DNA from: a virus
Length of the DNA stretch: 64,000 nucleotides
Strand: one strand, 5' to 3'
Virus record (IMG/VR): IMGVR_UViG_3300024265_000047
Coordinates: 4,079 to 68,078 of that record
Part shown: in pieces, positions 49,555 to 59,923 of the stretch
Position numbering within the stretch: position 1 is the stretch's first letter
How the letters are laid out: each line of letters begins with the position of its first letter
Program-made: the position numbers and the translations under genes
Notes under the pieces: generated by a model
Seen by the model: the letters and a program-made list of their open reading frames with translations, nothing else
The model's database searches: none
What the model was told of the DNA's origin: nothing

Positions 49555-51654
49555 TTATTTAATTACATCAAAATCAAATGTATATACTCTTTCATCTAAA
49601 CAAATCAATTCAATTATCGGTTTTGTATCTATAAAATCACTGGTAGTAAGAGTAGAAATTAATTTACCATATTCTCCCAAACCAAAATTATCATTTTTAT
49701 CTGTATAAATTTTAATTGAATATCCATTCATTTCTAAATCATTAGGAAATACAAATCTAACAACTTGTCCTTTTTTAAATCTAACAATGCTATCATCAAT
49801 ATATATTGACATATTATTTATTGCAGAATTTGTAACATATATTCTACACATATTAGTAAAATTAACCAATTTTAATGTTACTGTTAAATTATAAACATTT
49901 AAATCCAATTCATTTCCACTTTCGCTATCAATTATATTATCTCCTATATCATATACTGTGTTTAAAGTATAACTTTGAGATGAATTATTAACTATAACTC
50001 TATTATTAACGCTTTTATCCAATATTATTCCATTACCCCCTTGCATTACATCACTATTATATGATATTTCGACAGATGTTTGTCCATTAATAAAATTTTG
50101 AAGATCTTGTGCATTTGATGCTATAAGATCCAAAATAGATGTACTGTCAGCAAATGCTAATTGTGCATTGTTTACCATAGTTTCAACTGCATTCATTCTT
50201 TCACTTAATGATTGAATATCATATATAGCATACGCATTGGTTTCCAAAGCAGTAAGTCTTTCCTTCACATCTTCTATTTCAATTGCATTGTTTGTAAACA
50301 ATTTTGATGCTTCTTGTAATTGGGCAGTTGCTTCTGAAAACAATCCCATTGAAAAATTGTTGTATTCGTTAACAATAGTAAATATACCATCATTACTTAT
50401 AGATACATCATTTTTCATATTTATACTTAATCCATAAGAATTACCATTCAATCCTGTAACAGTACTTGGTTTAAATTTTTGAAATGTTTGTATGTAACCA
50501 CCTTCTGATGTTGGAATAACATTATCTAAAAATAAAACACCATATAAATTTGTTGCTCTATCACTAACATCTGAAGTATTATAAATATCATAATAAATTA
50601 AAATAGCATTAAATTCAAAATGTGTTGAATTACCAGCTCCATTATATTGTTGTATTGTTGTTATAATTGGATCGTTTACAATATCGTAATAATTACTTGG
50701 TTCAAAATCCAAACTTATACCATCCAAACTTGATCTTCTATATGCAACGCCATTTGCTCCTTCATCATAATCAGCCCAATATTTTTTGATATCAGTATTT
50801 AATGGATTATCAAATTCTGTTAATTCTGTAAAATAACTGTTTACATTTCCACCTACAGGTGGTTCATTGTGCCAGTTTGCATTTGGGTCTGTATATACAA
50901 CTGATGAATCATAATCATAAAAAGCATTTTTACTTAATCCATCTGGATGAATTGTTGTTGCACTTCTTCCATGTAAATATTCTCCTTCACCTGTTATTAC
51001 AAGATTAGGTTTGTAATTATCGTCACTGTATGCATCAAACAAAATAGTTGGAGTATGTCCAACCTGTGTGGGTATCCTTATATATAACTCAGTGTATGTT
51101 TCACCAGCTTTTTCAACTGAATTCATTATATCTAGATCACCTACATATTGAACTACTCTTGAATATCTTTCAGTACCTGTTAAAACAGTATTTTCTTCTA
51201 CAAATTTTGATCCAGTTACACCTCCACTCTTTTCTCTAGTATTAGCATCTCTGAATCTAATTGCACCAGTTTCTTTGAGCCATTTAAAAAATATTCTTTC
51301 TGATATACTTTTCTTTATTGTACTATCATAATCATCATCTGATAGCATCAAGGCTTCCATATTCATGACATAACTTTGTAAACTAGTACTTAAATCTACA
51401 TTAAGATCACCAGAAAGACCTCCATTCCAAATCATACCATCTATGGTATTTAACTGCATATAATTTTCGTAATGACTAAATGTTGAAAAATCTAACTTAT
51501 CAAAATTAGGTATCTTTAATGCAACAAATTTAGAATATTCAAATTTTAAATCTTCATTCGCCTTTACCTTTGTTTCATCCTTAGCTGCTGAAGAAAATGC
51601 ATAAAATGTTCCTCCGTTTACTTGTAAAGTTCTAATTAATGGTGTTATTGGCAT
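49555..51654 (-). CDS. Putative structural protein
   Basis: 699 aa, coiled coil near the C-terminal third; ATATATAA upstream. Confidence 0.6.
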   Translation of the reverse strand: MPITPLIRTLQVNGGTFYAFSSAAKDETKVKANEDLKFEYSKFVALKIPNFDKLDFSTFSHYENYMQLNTIDGMIWNGGLSGDLNVDLSTSLQSYVMNMEALMLSDDDYDSTIKKSISERIFFKWLKETGAIRFRDANTREKSGGVTGSKFVEENTVLTGTERYSRVVQYVGDLDIMNSVEKAGETYTELYIRIPTQVGHTPTILFDAYSDDNYKPNLVITGEGEYLHGRSATTIHPDGLSKNAFYDYDSSVVYTDPNANWHNEPPVGGNVNSYFTELTEFDNPLNTDIKKYWADYDEGANGVAYRRSSLDGISLDFEPSNYYDIVNDPIITTIQQYNGAGNSTHFEFNAILIYYDIYNTSDVSDRATNLYGVLFLDNVIPTSEGGYIQTFQKFKPSTVTGLNGNSYGLSINMKNDVSISNDGIFTIVNEYNNFSMGLFSEATAQLQEASKLFTNNAIEIEDVKERLTALETNAYAIYDIQSLSERMNAVETMVNNAQLAFADSTSILDLIASNAQDLQNFINGQTSVEISYNSDVMQGGNGIILDKSVNNRVIVNNSSQSYTLNTVYDIGDNIIDSESGNELDLNVYNLTVTLKLVNFTNMCRIYVTNSAINNMSIYIDDSIVRFKKGQVVRFVFPNDLEMNGYSIKIYTDKNDNFGLGEYGKLISTLTTSDFIDTKPIIELICLDERVYTFDFDVIK

Positions 51655-51777
51655 ATCTTATGTTTAATTCATATATTTTATTATATATCCAAAATTAAAT
51701 TCATAACATATTATTTTAATATATTAAATGCTTGAAACTGTAATATATAAATTGAAAATCATTTAAATTAAAAATTA

Positions 51778-52230
51778 ATGGCTCTTTATATAACTACAAC
51801 AACTGGAAATTCTGCTACACTTACTGATCTTGGTGAAAGAATTATATCAGCAGGTACTTCTGATTACAATATTACTGATGAATTTAGAGCCGAAAGATTA
51901 AGAACATCAATTTCATTAGCAACATCAATTTATAATGGTGAATGTTATATAATAGATGATTATGGAAAAGTCATCGATGCTCAAGACAGTTTACAAGAAA
52001 CAATAGATCTTTTAGAAACGGCCGGTATATTACCCATATATACAGATAGAATAAGTGCTATAACAAGTGGAAACTATTATGTAGGTTTTAATAAAGATAC
52101 ACTATGGGAAATTACAAAATATACAAATGATGGCAGTTTGACAGAAAACCGAGCTAACAAACAAAACAATGGAAGCTATGATGATTTGACAACCGCATGG
52201 ACTGATAGAACAACGCTAATATACAATTAA
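51778..52230 (+). CDS. Hypothetical protein, first gene of plus-strand cassette
   Basis: 150 aa, ends AWTDRTTLIYN; ATATATAA upstream. Confidence 0.7.
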   Translation: MALYITTTTGNSATLTDLGERIISAGTSDYNITDEFRAERLRTSISLATSIYNGECYIIDDYGKVIDAQDSLQETIDLLETAGILPIYTDRISAITSGNYYVGFNKDTLWEITKYTNDGSLTENRANKQNNGSYDDLTTAWTDRTTLIYN

Positions 52231-52290
52231 ATATATAAATTAATAAAAAACATTTATAAGAAAAAATATATAATAAAAAATAATTAAATT

Positions 52291-54465
52291 ATGGCAGTAA
52301 GTGCAACAGATATTTCTATATCAAATACAGGTAACATTAGATGGACCGGTAATGCTACTACACAGTATAGCGTTTTAGAGTTACACAGATGGTTAGGTGA
52401 CAAAGCTGATGATGCTCAAGCGTCAGGAGATGATATTTTAGATATCACAAAAGCTACTCCGTCAGAGAGATCTACGGATAACATTATAACACTAATAAAC
52501 AGTTATAACATCGATGATACTGTGGCACAACACCTTTATGATGGGTCAATATCTCAAGATACTGGTAATGTTGTATATTCAGGAATTGTTGTATCTGGTA
52601 GTTTCTTTGATGCAACTACAGAAATTATGATTATACAAGACAATAAAGTTCTTACTAATTATTGGGGTACTGGTATCAATACAGTACCAGCAGATAACGT
52701 TCTGTTAAGATGTATGGTAAAAACAAGAACTGGAGGTACTGATATTGACGGTAAAAAACTTCGAGTTGTAGCAAGAGAATTAGGTAGTGTATTTGCAGAA
52801 TTTAGTTTTACGGCTGGATTGGGTAACTCTTTCCCTGCACTTTTTGCGTCAGCAGATCTTAACAATGTAACATCACTTGCAACAATTGCAGGTTGGACTA
52901 CAATAACAAATGTAGAAGGCTATCAGGCTATTGATCTATTGAATGGAGCTGGTAATAGATATTACTATTCTCAATGGAATAAAGCAGCTTTAACAATTAA
53001 TCAACTTTATGAAAGAACAAAATGGATTTCTTCAAGAGCTCCTCTCGAAGATGGAAATACACAAGCTGATCAAGATAACGCTTTAGGTAACGGTACCATA
53101 ACAAGACAGGGAAATTCTTTCTCTGTAGGTTCTAATAATGTATATATGCGCAGGTTTCGTGTACAATTAAAAGTAGGTGCAGGATCTCCTACAGGTAATA
53201 TGACCGGTAAATTATATAATGTTGATCCAGTAACTGATGGTTCAGATGAACCTGATGGTGCAGCATTAGCTACGTCAAACATTATTCCAGCTGATAGAGT
53301 AACATCAGCATATGCTGAATATGAATTTGTATTTGATACTCCATATGAATTAAGTGCAAATACAGTATATTGTTTTGAAGTAGATTATACAGGAGATGGT
53401 GGAAACTATGTTGAAATATACGGTAATTCAACAGATTACCATCCAGGTAATAGATTTGATCATGATGGTAGTTATAATGCAGATATAACAGAAGATCTTT
53501 GGTTTGAAGTTTATACTTCTTTTGAAATACACGGAATACCAGGAGAATTATTTAGAGGTATTACTCACGAAATAGATTGGGATGCTCAATCCGGTGCTAC
53601 ATTTGATGAAAATGAAATAATATCATGGGGTACAGGTGTAACAGCCGGAACGGGTTTGATACTTGCAGATTCAGAAGCAGGTTCTGATGGTGGTCAAACA
53701 GGTACATCATGGATACAATTACTTTCAGGAGTTGCACCAACAGATGGTATGTATCTAACTGGTGGAACATCAGGTACTAATGCAAGTGTTGATGGTTCAG
53801 TTACATCTAGAACTCTTCCACCAGCATTTTTAGGTACATCTACAGGTTCTGCAATCATTGGTGCTTTCGGTATCGGTATTGAAGCTTTAGATTTAACAAG
53901 TAATGATAAACTATTTGATTTAACTAACACACAACAAACTCCACCTAACCAGGTTACTTTTACAGTATTTGGTTTAGAAATTGGAGAAGATAGAATTCTA
54001 GTTGGTCCTAAAGCTGGAGGTAATGATTTTGATTTTGCTCAAATGGCACTTGCAGTTACTCTTAATACAGGAAGTGAAACTACACTTGAAGTAGGTGCAT
54101 CAGAAATACCAGCTGATACAAATCAAACTGGAATACTTAGAGTTGAATTGGATACTGGTATAATAAGAAGAATAGCTTATTCAGCACATAACAGTAATAA
54201 TCAATTTACAATTGCTGATGAAAGTTGGTCAGATCCAGATGATGCAACATCAGGTAATGATGTTATGATAGCATACATAGATAAATTAGCAACATCTGAA
54301 GACGAAACATTCCAACTTATTTATGATGAAGATAGAACACTATGGATTAGAGTTAGAGATGGTGGTACTGCAGGAGATGCAGAACCTATTAAAACATTTG
54401 AAACATCAGGTGCTTTAGGTGTATCTGGAGGTTCAGCGACTGCAATTAGAACAACCGATGCATAA
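52291..54465 (+). CDS. Thr/Gly/Asp-rich putative virion surface protein
   Basis: 724 aa, beta-rich and Lys-poor; own ATATATAA motif and terminator. Confidence 0.7.
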   Translation: MAVSATDISISNTGNIRWTGNATTQYSVLELHRWLGDKADDAQASGDDILDITKATPSERSTDNIITLINSYNIDDTVAQHLYDGSISQDTGNVVYSGIVVSGSFFDATTEIMIIQDNKVLTNYWGTGINTVPADNVLLRCMVKTRTGGTDIDGKKLRVVARELGSVFAEFSFTAGLGNSFPALFASADLNNVTSLATIAGWTTITNVEGYQAIDLLNGAGNRYYYSQWNKAALTINQLYERTKWISSRAPLEDGNTQADQDNALGNGTITRQGNSFSVGSNNVYMRRFRVQLKVGAGSPTGNMTGKLYNVDPVTDGSDEPDGAALATSNIIPADRVTSAYAEYEFVFDTPYELSANTVYCFEVDYTGDGGNYVEIYGNSTDYHPGNRFDHDGSYNADITEDLWFEVYTSFEIHGIPGELFRGITHEIDWDAQSGATFDENEIISWGTGVTAGTGLILADSEAGSDGGQTGTSWIQLLSGVAPTDGMYLTGGTSGTNASVDGSVTSRTLPPAFLGTSTGSAIIGAFGIGIEALDLTSNDKLFDLTNTQQTPPNQVTFTVFGLEIGEDRILVGPKAGGNDFDFAQMALAVTLNTGSETTLEVGASEIPADTNQTGILRVELDTGIIRRIAYSAHNSNNQFTIADESWSDPDDATSGNDVMIAYIDKLATSEDETFQLIYDEDRTLWIRVRDGGTAGDAEPIKTFETSGALGVSGGSATAIRTTDA

Positions 54466-54494
54466 TATATTAATAACAAATTAAAAACGATTCG

Positions 54495-54525
54495 ATCCCC
54501 CTGTAATTTTATGGGGGGATTTTTT
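54495..54525 (+). terminator. Intrinsic terminator
   Basis: atccccctgtaattttatggggggat stem-loop followed by a T tract. Confidence 0.8.
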
Positions 54526-54547
54526 CGCAATACAAATAAAATAAATA

Positions 54548-56458
54548 ATGGCACTAACCATAGCAATTGAAGGTAAACAAGTTATAGCAAATTGCGATGC
54601 AATAAATGATACTGCTGGAGGCTCTTGGTCTGAACAAGGAGGTGGTACAATTTCATTATCTGAAGATGTATTTTTAATTGGTACTGCATGTATAAGCGGT
54701 AAATATGCTGGTAAAGATGGTTTTCATCAATATGATTTAGGAGGAGGCAATGAATTAGATTTTACAGCGTCTACAGGTACTGAAGCTGGTCAATGTATCT
54801 ATATATGGATTTCTATGACAGCTTTGGGTACATTAGATACTCTTTCTACTTTTCCATTGTGTATTAGAGTATCAAGTGATGCGCCAGGTACTTCTAATTA
54901 TGTAGATTATTTAATAGCTGGTAATGACGATAAAAACGGTTGGGCTGGTGGATTTAAATGTTTTGTAATTGATCCAACAAAAACAGGATCAAGGGTATCT
55001 GGTACACAATCAACTATAATAGCATCTGTTAGAACTCTTGGCATCTGGATAGATTGTTCAGGATCTGCAAGAGCTGATAGTATTTTTATTGATCAAATAT
55101 CAGTTGGAAGTGGGTTAAGAATAACTGGAACAAGTACTACTGCATGGAGTGATACTGTAGAATATTGTACTGCATATGCTACAAGAGGTTGGGGAATGTT
55201 TCAAGAAAGAGAAGGAATTTATTATGCTTACGGTAAAATGTATATTGGTGATGAAACAAGTCAAAGTGCTGCAGTTTCTTTTGCTGATCAAGGAAAAATT
55301 ATACAATTTGGTACATCTGAATATTATCAAGGAGGTGAATGGAAATCATCTGTTTCTATTGATTTTAGTGGATTAATTATAGAAGATCATGCCGATCATA
55401 CAACAACATTTACTGATGGAGTTATAGTAGGTTCAGATAATGGTCGTGCAGGAACAGTTTTTGCAGGTAATTCATTTATGAATGTATCCTTTGATTTATA
55501 TGGAAGTAATAATCTTGCTTCACTTACAGCACTGTATGGAACACAGTTTAAAGATTGTACAGGTATTCTCAATAGTGGAGATGATTCAGATCATAAATTT
55601 TTAGGTGTATCATTTGCAGGATGTTCACAATTTGATCCTGTAGGAGCTCCTGTTATTAGAAATGCAATTTTTGCAGAAACATCAGATCCAGATTCAGCTC
55701 TTTTATGGAATGAAACTATAAATATACAAAATACTAAATTTATATCAAATACAATAGGAGCTGCAATAGAAATACCATTTGTAAGTGGTACCGATTTTGA
55801 ATATGATTTTATAGATTTGTCATTTTCAGGTAATGATCCATATGATGTTTATAATTCAACTGCTAATGATATAATAGTTAATAACATTGGTTCTAATGCA
55901 TCAACATATGTTGGAGATACAGGATCAATCGTAACGTTTGTAACTGATCCTGTAACAACAACAATAACAGTTAAAAATGTTAATACTCAAGCTATTATAG
56001 AAGGTGCCAGAGTACTTGTTGTTGTTGCTGATGATTCAAATTTTCCATATCAAGATTCTGTAACTATAGTATCAAGTGGAACAACTGCAACAGTAACACA
56101 TACAGCACATGGTTTAATAACAGATAATGAAATATTGATTGCAGGTGCAAACGAAGATCCATACAACAGTGCAACAACAATAACAGTAACAGGAGATGAC
56201 ACATATACTTATACAATGTTAGAAGATCCTGATAGTCCTGCAACTGGAACAATAACGGCAACAATGGTAATAATAGATGATTCTACAAATGGAAGTGGAA
56301 TAGTAACTGATACAAGAACATTATCAACTTCTCAACCGATAACTGGTAGAGTTAGAAGTGCTACATCATCACCATACTATAAAAATTCTCCTATATCAAG
56401 TACAATAGACAGTGATGCAGGTGTATCTATAACTATTTTATTAATACCAGATGAATAA
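54548..56458 (+). CDS. Putative virion surface protein (beta-helix/beta-sandwich domains)
   Basis: 636 aa; C-terminal TATVTHTAHGL...ITVTGDDTYTY domain and a carboxypeptidase-regulatory-like strand pattern. Confidence 0.7.
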   Translation: MALTIAIEGKQVIANCDAINDTAGGSWSEQGGGTISLSEDVFLIGTACISGKYAGKDGFHQYDLGGGNELDFTASTGTEAGQCIYIWISMTALGTLDTLSTFPLCIRVSSDAPGTSNYVDYLIAGNDDKNGWAGGFKCFVIDPTKTGSRVSGTQSTIIASVRTLGIWIDCSGSARADSIFIDQISVGSGLRITGTSTTAWSDTVEYCTAYATRGWGMFQEREGIYYAYGKMYIGDETSQSAAVSFADQGKIIQFGTSEYYQGGEWKSSVSIDFSGLIIEDHADHTTTFTDGVIVGSDNGRAGTVFAGNSFMNVSFDLYGSNNLASLTALYGTQFKDCTGILNSGDDSDHKFLGVSFAGCSQFDPVGAPVIRNAIFAETSDPDSALLWNETINIQNTKFISNTIGAAIEIPFVSGTDFEYDFIDLSFSGNDPYDVYNSTANDIIVNNIGSNASTYVGDTGSIVTFVTDPVTTTITVKNVNTQAIIEGARVLVVVADDSNFPYQDSVTIVSSGTTATVTHTAHGLITDNEILIAGANEDPYNSATTITVTGDDTYTYTMLEDPDSPATGTITATMVIIDDSTNGSGIVTDTRTLSTSQPITGRVRSATSSPYYKNSPISSTIDSDAGVSITILLIPDE

Positions 56459-56498
56459 ACATTATAAATAATACGCATATAATATAAAATTTAAAATA

Positions 56499-56798
56499 AT
56501 GGAGAAAAAAACATATGAACAACTTGAAGCAGATCTTTCTCAATCTAAACGAATGCTCGATAGTGCCAATAGAACAATAACACATGCATTAAAAAGATTA
56601 GATGAATCTGAAAAAAGAAATATGCAATTAGAAGTACAAATTCGACAAACCTTTGAAATGAAAGGTTCAAATGAATCTGTATTTCAAAGTACATTACAAA
56701 AAGTAAACGATCTAAATAACTCATTACTCGAGGAAAATGATAAATTAAAAAACAAAATTCGAGAATTAAATGGCAATAACAGTAACATGGGGAACTAG
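56499..56798 (+). CDS. Coiled-coil protein
   Basis: 99-aa continuous heptad repeat. Confidence 0.7.
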   Translation: MEKKTYEQLEADLSQSKRMLDSANRTITHALKRLDESEKRNMQLEVQIRQTFEMKGSNESVFQSTLQKVNDLNNSLLEENDKLKNKIRELNGNNSNMGN

Positions 56799-57915
56799 AG
56801 TAATAAATGTACCTAAAAATGATATGACTCTAATACAGTCAGATCCAACTGAAATTAGAGAATTAAATCTTAATAGTTTTAGACTCACATTGAAAGATTT
56901 AGAAGATGGAGTAGAGGGTATGCCATTTCCAGATACACATAACCATAATACAGAAGTATCATTGGGTGGACTTACATATGCCAGAGTTGTTGAAATAATA
57001 AACGGTTATACAGTAACATTTGAGGATGGTGCATACGCTGTTAATTTAGTAGGTGCAAATTCAAATGTAGGTGATAATGTAAATGTTAATCAAGTATCTG
57101 TTCGTTCTCAAAATTCAGCAGGATTGATTTCAAGTCCTGATATCGAATACGCATCATTTAATGGAGGTGTTACAATCGATACTACAACATCAAATACTGG
57201 TACAATATTTCCTGCAGGAACTGAACAGAAAAAAGTAAACAATATTGCAGATGCATTACTTATTGCAGCATACAGAGGATTCAATAAATTATACATACAC
57301 AGTGATTTAGAAATAGGATCAAATGGAGATTTAGCAAACTTTGTATTAGAAGGTCAAAGCCATGTAAAAACGAATATTGATATATTAACATATGCTGATG
57401 TAACAAACGTAACCATAGTAGATTGCAATGTAAGTGGAATTTTAGATGGAAACAGTGAAATTAGAAAATGTGTAATTGAAAATTTACAGTATGTCAATGG
57501 ACACATACACGATTCAGGTTTATCAGGAATAATACTTCTCGATGGAAACATGGACGCATACATAGCAAACTGTACACAGGTTGATATGAATATCATACCT
57601 ATAATAGATATGGGTGGTTCTGGTCAAGATCTATTAATGCCAAACTACACTGGATTCATACGTATAGAAAACTTAACAAGTAGTAACAGGGTTGGAATAA
57701 GCATGACTGGTGGAAGAGTTGTATTGGATTCTACAACAATTACAAACGGTATAATAAATGTTGGTGGAATTGGTAAGGTTGAAGATGAATCTGGAAATCC
57801 CATAATTACAGGAACCTGGAATGGTGGAGTAACTGTAGTAAACAATACAATAGATGCTTCAGTAGAAGAATCAAAAAATTGGTCTGAAATAGCAGCAAGA
57901 AACGCACAACAATAA
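56770..57915 (+). CDS. Putative virion surface protein with beta-helix
   Basis: 381 aa; repetitive I/V-x-N/D/G strands in the C-terminal half. Confidence 0.7.
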   Translation: MAITVTWGTRVINVPKNDMTLIQSDPTEIRELNLNSFRLTLKDLEDGVEGMPFPDTHNHNTEVSLGGLTYARVVEIINGYTVTFEDGAYAVNLVGANSNVGDNVNVNQVSVRSQNSAGLISSPDIEYASFNGGVTIDTTTSNTGTIFPAGTEQKKVNNIADALLIAAYRGFNKLYIHSDLEIGSNGDLANFVLEGQSHVKTNIDILTYADVTNVTIVDCNVSGILDGNSEIRKCVIENLQYVNGHIHDSGLSGIILLDGNMDAYIANCTQVDMNIIPIIDMGGSGQDLLMPNYTGFIRIENLTSSNRVGISMTGGRVVLDSTTITNGIINVGGIGKVEDESGNPIITGTWNGGVTVVNNTIDASVEESKNWSEIAARNAQQ

Positions 57916-57974
57916 AAAAGCCCCCATTCAATCATGAGGGCTGGCTTCATACTTAATTATGAAGTGGGCTTTTA
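57914..57974. terminator. Compound bidirectional terminator between convergent genes
   Basis: Outer taaaa..gccc / gggctttta arms enclose gccc...gggc and cttcata-cttaat-tatgaag hairpins. Confidence 0.65.
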
Positions 57975-58589
57975 TTACGATACCGTATAACCATTACCAC
58001 CAACTACATACCATTCTTTAGCACTTACTGAGTTAGTTACTATCATGAGTTTAACAGATTGACCCAAAGTATCTAATGTAACCTTTGTTCCACCAATCAA
58101 TGATGCTGTTCCTGCTGGAACTATATCTACATCATTTCCCATAGCTTCTGCTGCAACAAAAACTACTTCTTGTCCAATTTCTCCGTCATAAAGACTTATA
58201 GTGTTTGCAGTTCCTGTTGAATTTCCAACTCTATAAACATAGTTGTCAGGTGCAGTTGATGGTGAACCTATCGATAAATCTGTTGTTATTGTAGTAGATT
58301 CTATGTTGTTTTTATTTAATAATCCTGTTAATGTAACATCTCCATTAAATGTAGTTGCTGCATTAAACGTTGCTCCACTTCCAGTAACATCAAACAATGT
58401 ACTAGAAAGTCCAACTGTTAATGTATTTGAAACGAGCGATGTTAAATTATCTATAATTCCACTTGAAGGATCAAAGTAATTTTCCATTAGGTTTATTTCA
58501 TTAACCACGACATCAAAATTAGAATTTAATGTTATTCTTGAACCTGAAATAGAATCTGTTCCTAAAATTTCCGTTACACTTATACTCAT
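57975..58589 (-). CDS. Short fibre-like structural protein
   Basis: N-terminus (TEILGTDSISGSRITLNSNFD) and C-terminal domain resemble the 36257-40123 fibre. Confidence 0.7.
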   Translation of the reverse strand: MSISVTEILGTDSISGSRITLNSNFDVVVNEINLMENYFDPSSGIIDNLTSLVSNTLTVGLSSTLFDVTGSGATFNAATTFNGDVTLTGLLNKNNIESTTITTDLSIGSPSTAPDNYVYRVGNSTGTANTISLYDGEIGQEVVFVAAEAMGNDVDIVPAGTASLIGGTKVTLDTLGQSVKLMIVTNSVSAKEWYVVGGNGYTVS

Positions 58590-58646
58590 AATCTTTTATT
58601 TTTAATTTTAAATAGTAAATTTATTTATGTTATGATTTTTTAAGTC

Positions 58647-59882
58647 TTAATTAAAATTTAATTTAACAGGGTTTAACATCAAACCCAATATTGGCTGGTT
58701 TATAAAAACATCACCAATTACTTTTCTTAATATATTTCCTGCTGCATTTATATCAGCATTAATTAATATACCTTCTTTACTTTTATATAAACCTCTTTTT
58801 ATTCGTTTACCTAAATATTTATCATGTTTTTTAATTTTTTCCTTATTTATAAATGAACATTTAGAAGTATAACTTTCTTCCTGTAAAATTAAATTTATAT
58901 TGTATATATTACATTTACTTTCTATTTTTTTTATAAAATTTAAATAAGGAATTTGAACAAATTTCTGATTATTTTTTTTACCCATATTAATTTTATTTTT
59001 CCAACCTTTGTTATAACCCAATACAATATTTTTATTTTTATATTCTATACATTTTTTAATTATTTTGTTTACAATTTGATTCATATAATTATCTATAAAA
59101 TTTTCTCTTTTTCTAAATAATTTTTGTAAATAATTCGATATATTTTTATTATTTAATATTTTAAGTATTGATTGTTTTTTTGCTAATTCTTTATTGTACC
59201 ATCTATTATATGATTTTAGAGGTTTACCATTCATTATAAATGAATGCCCAGATGTATCAACGCAACTAGCAAAATTATCTATACCTAAATCGATAGATAA
59301 ATAATTGTTTTTATTTAAGTCATAATTTTCATTTTTTTTATTTTCTTCATATATTATATACATCTTAAAATATTTACCATTATTAAATGGTTTTATAATA
59401 AGTTGTTTAAATTTACCATCTAAATTATAAGAAAATGGTATAGTAAGATTACGATTGGATATTGTTCTTTTATATGTTATAGATTTACATAAATTAAACA
59501 TATTATTTTTTAAAATTGCATTTTGATTTGTAAATATTATATTAAATAATCCATTTTTCTCTTTATATTTTGGTATATTTATTTTATCATGATACTGACC
59601 GTTTTTCTTTTTTCTAAGTAAAGCAAAAAATGATCTAAAGTTTTTATCAACTAATTTAAGTATTTGTTGTGCAGATTGTGAAGGTAGAAGTTTATAATTT
59701 TCATTATTTTTAACTTCTTTTTCTAATTCTTTCAGACCGATATATTTATTTGTATTAAAATAAAACTGACGAATAAAATATAGAGAATAATTATAAAGAT
59801 TATTACTGTATTTACTATAATCATATAATATCTTATAATCCTTTTTAGTTATTTTTCTTATCTCTTGTTTTAATGTTCTCAT
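58647..59882 (-). mobile_element. tnpB: IS200/IS605-family TnpB (stand-alone, IS1341-like)
   Basis: NNLYN, LPSQSAQQ, RuvC-I IDLGIDN, VLGYNKGWK, QEESYTSKCS and RuvC-III NADINAAGNI; no tnpA; start moved to MRTLKQ. Confidence 0.92.
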
Positions 59883-59923
59883 ATATAAGTTTCTTATATT
59901 ATATATCATTTAAACATTTATAA

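Noticed and set aside
657-51239. Numerous short plus-strand ORFs in the ORF track
   Set aside because: They are antisense shadows of well-supported minus-strand genes, with F/L/S/I-biased composition and no motifs.
52659-57950. Short minus-strand ORFs inside the plus-strand cassette
   Set aside because: Antisense shadows of the long plus-strand genes.
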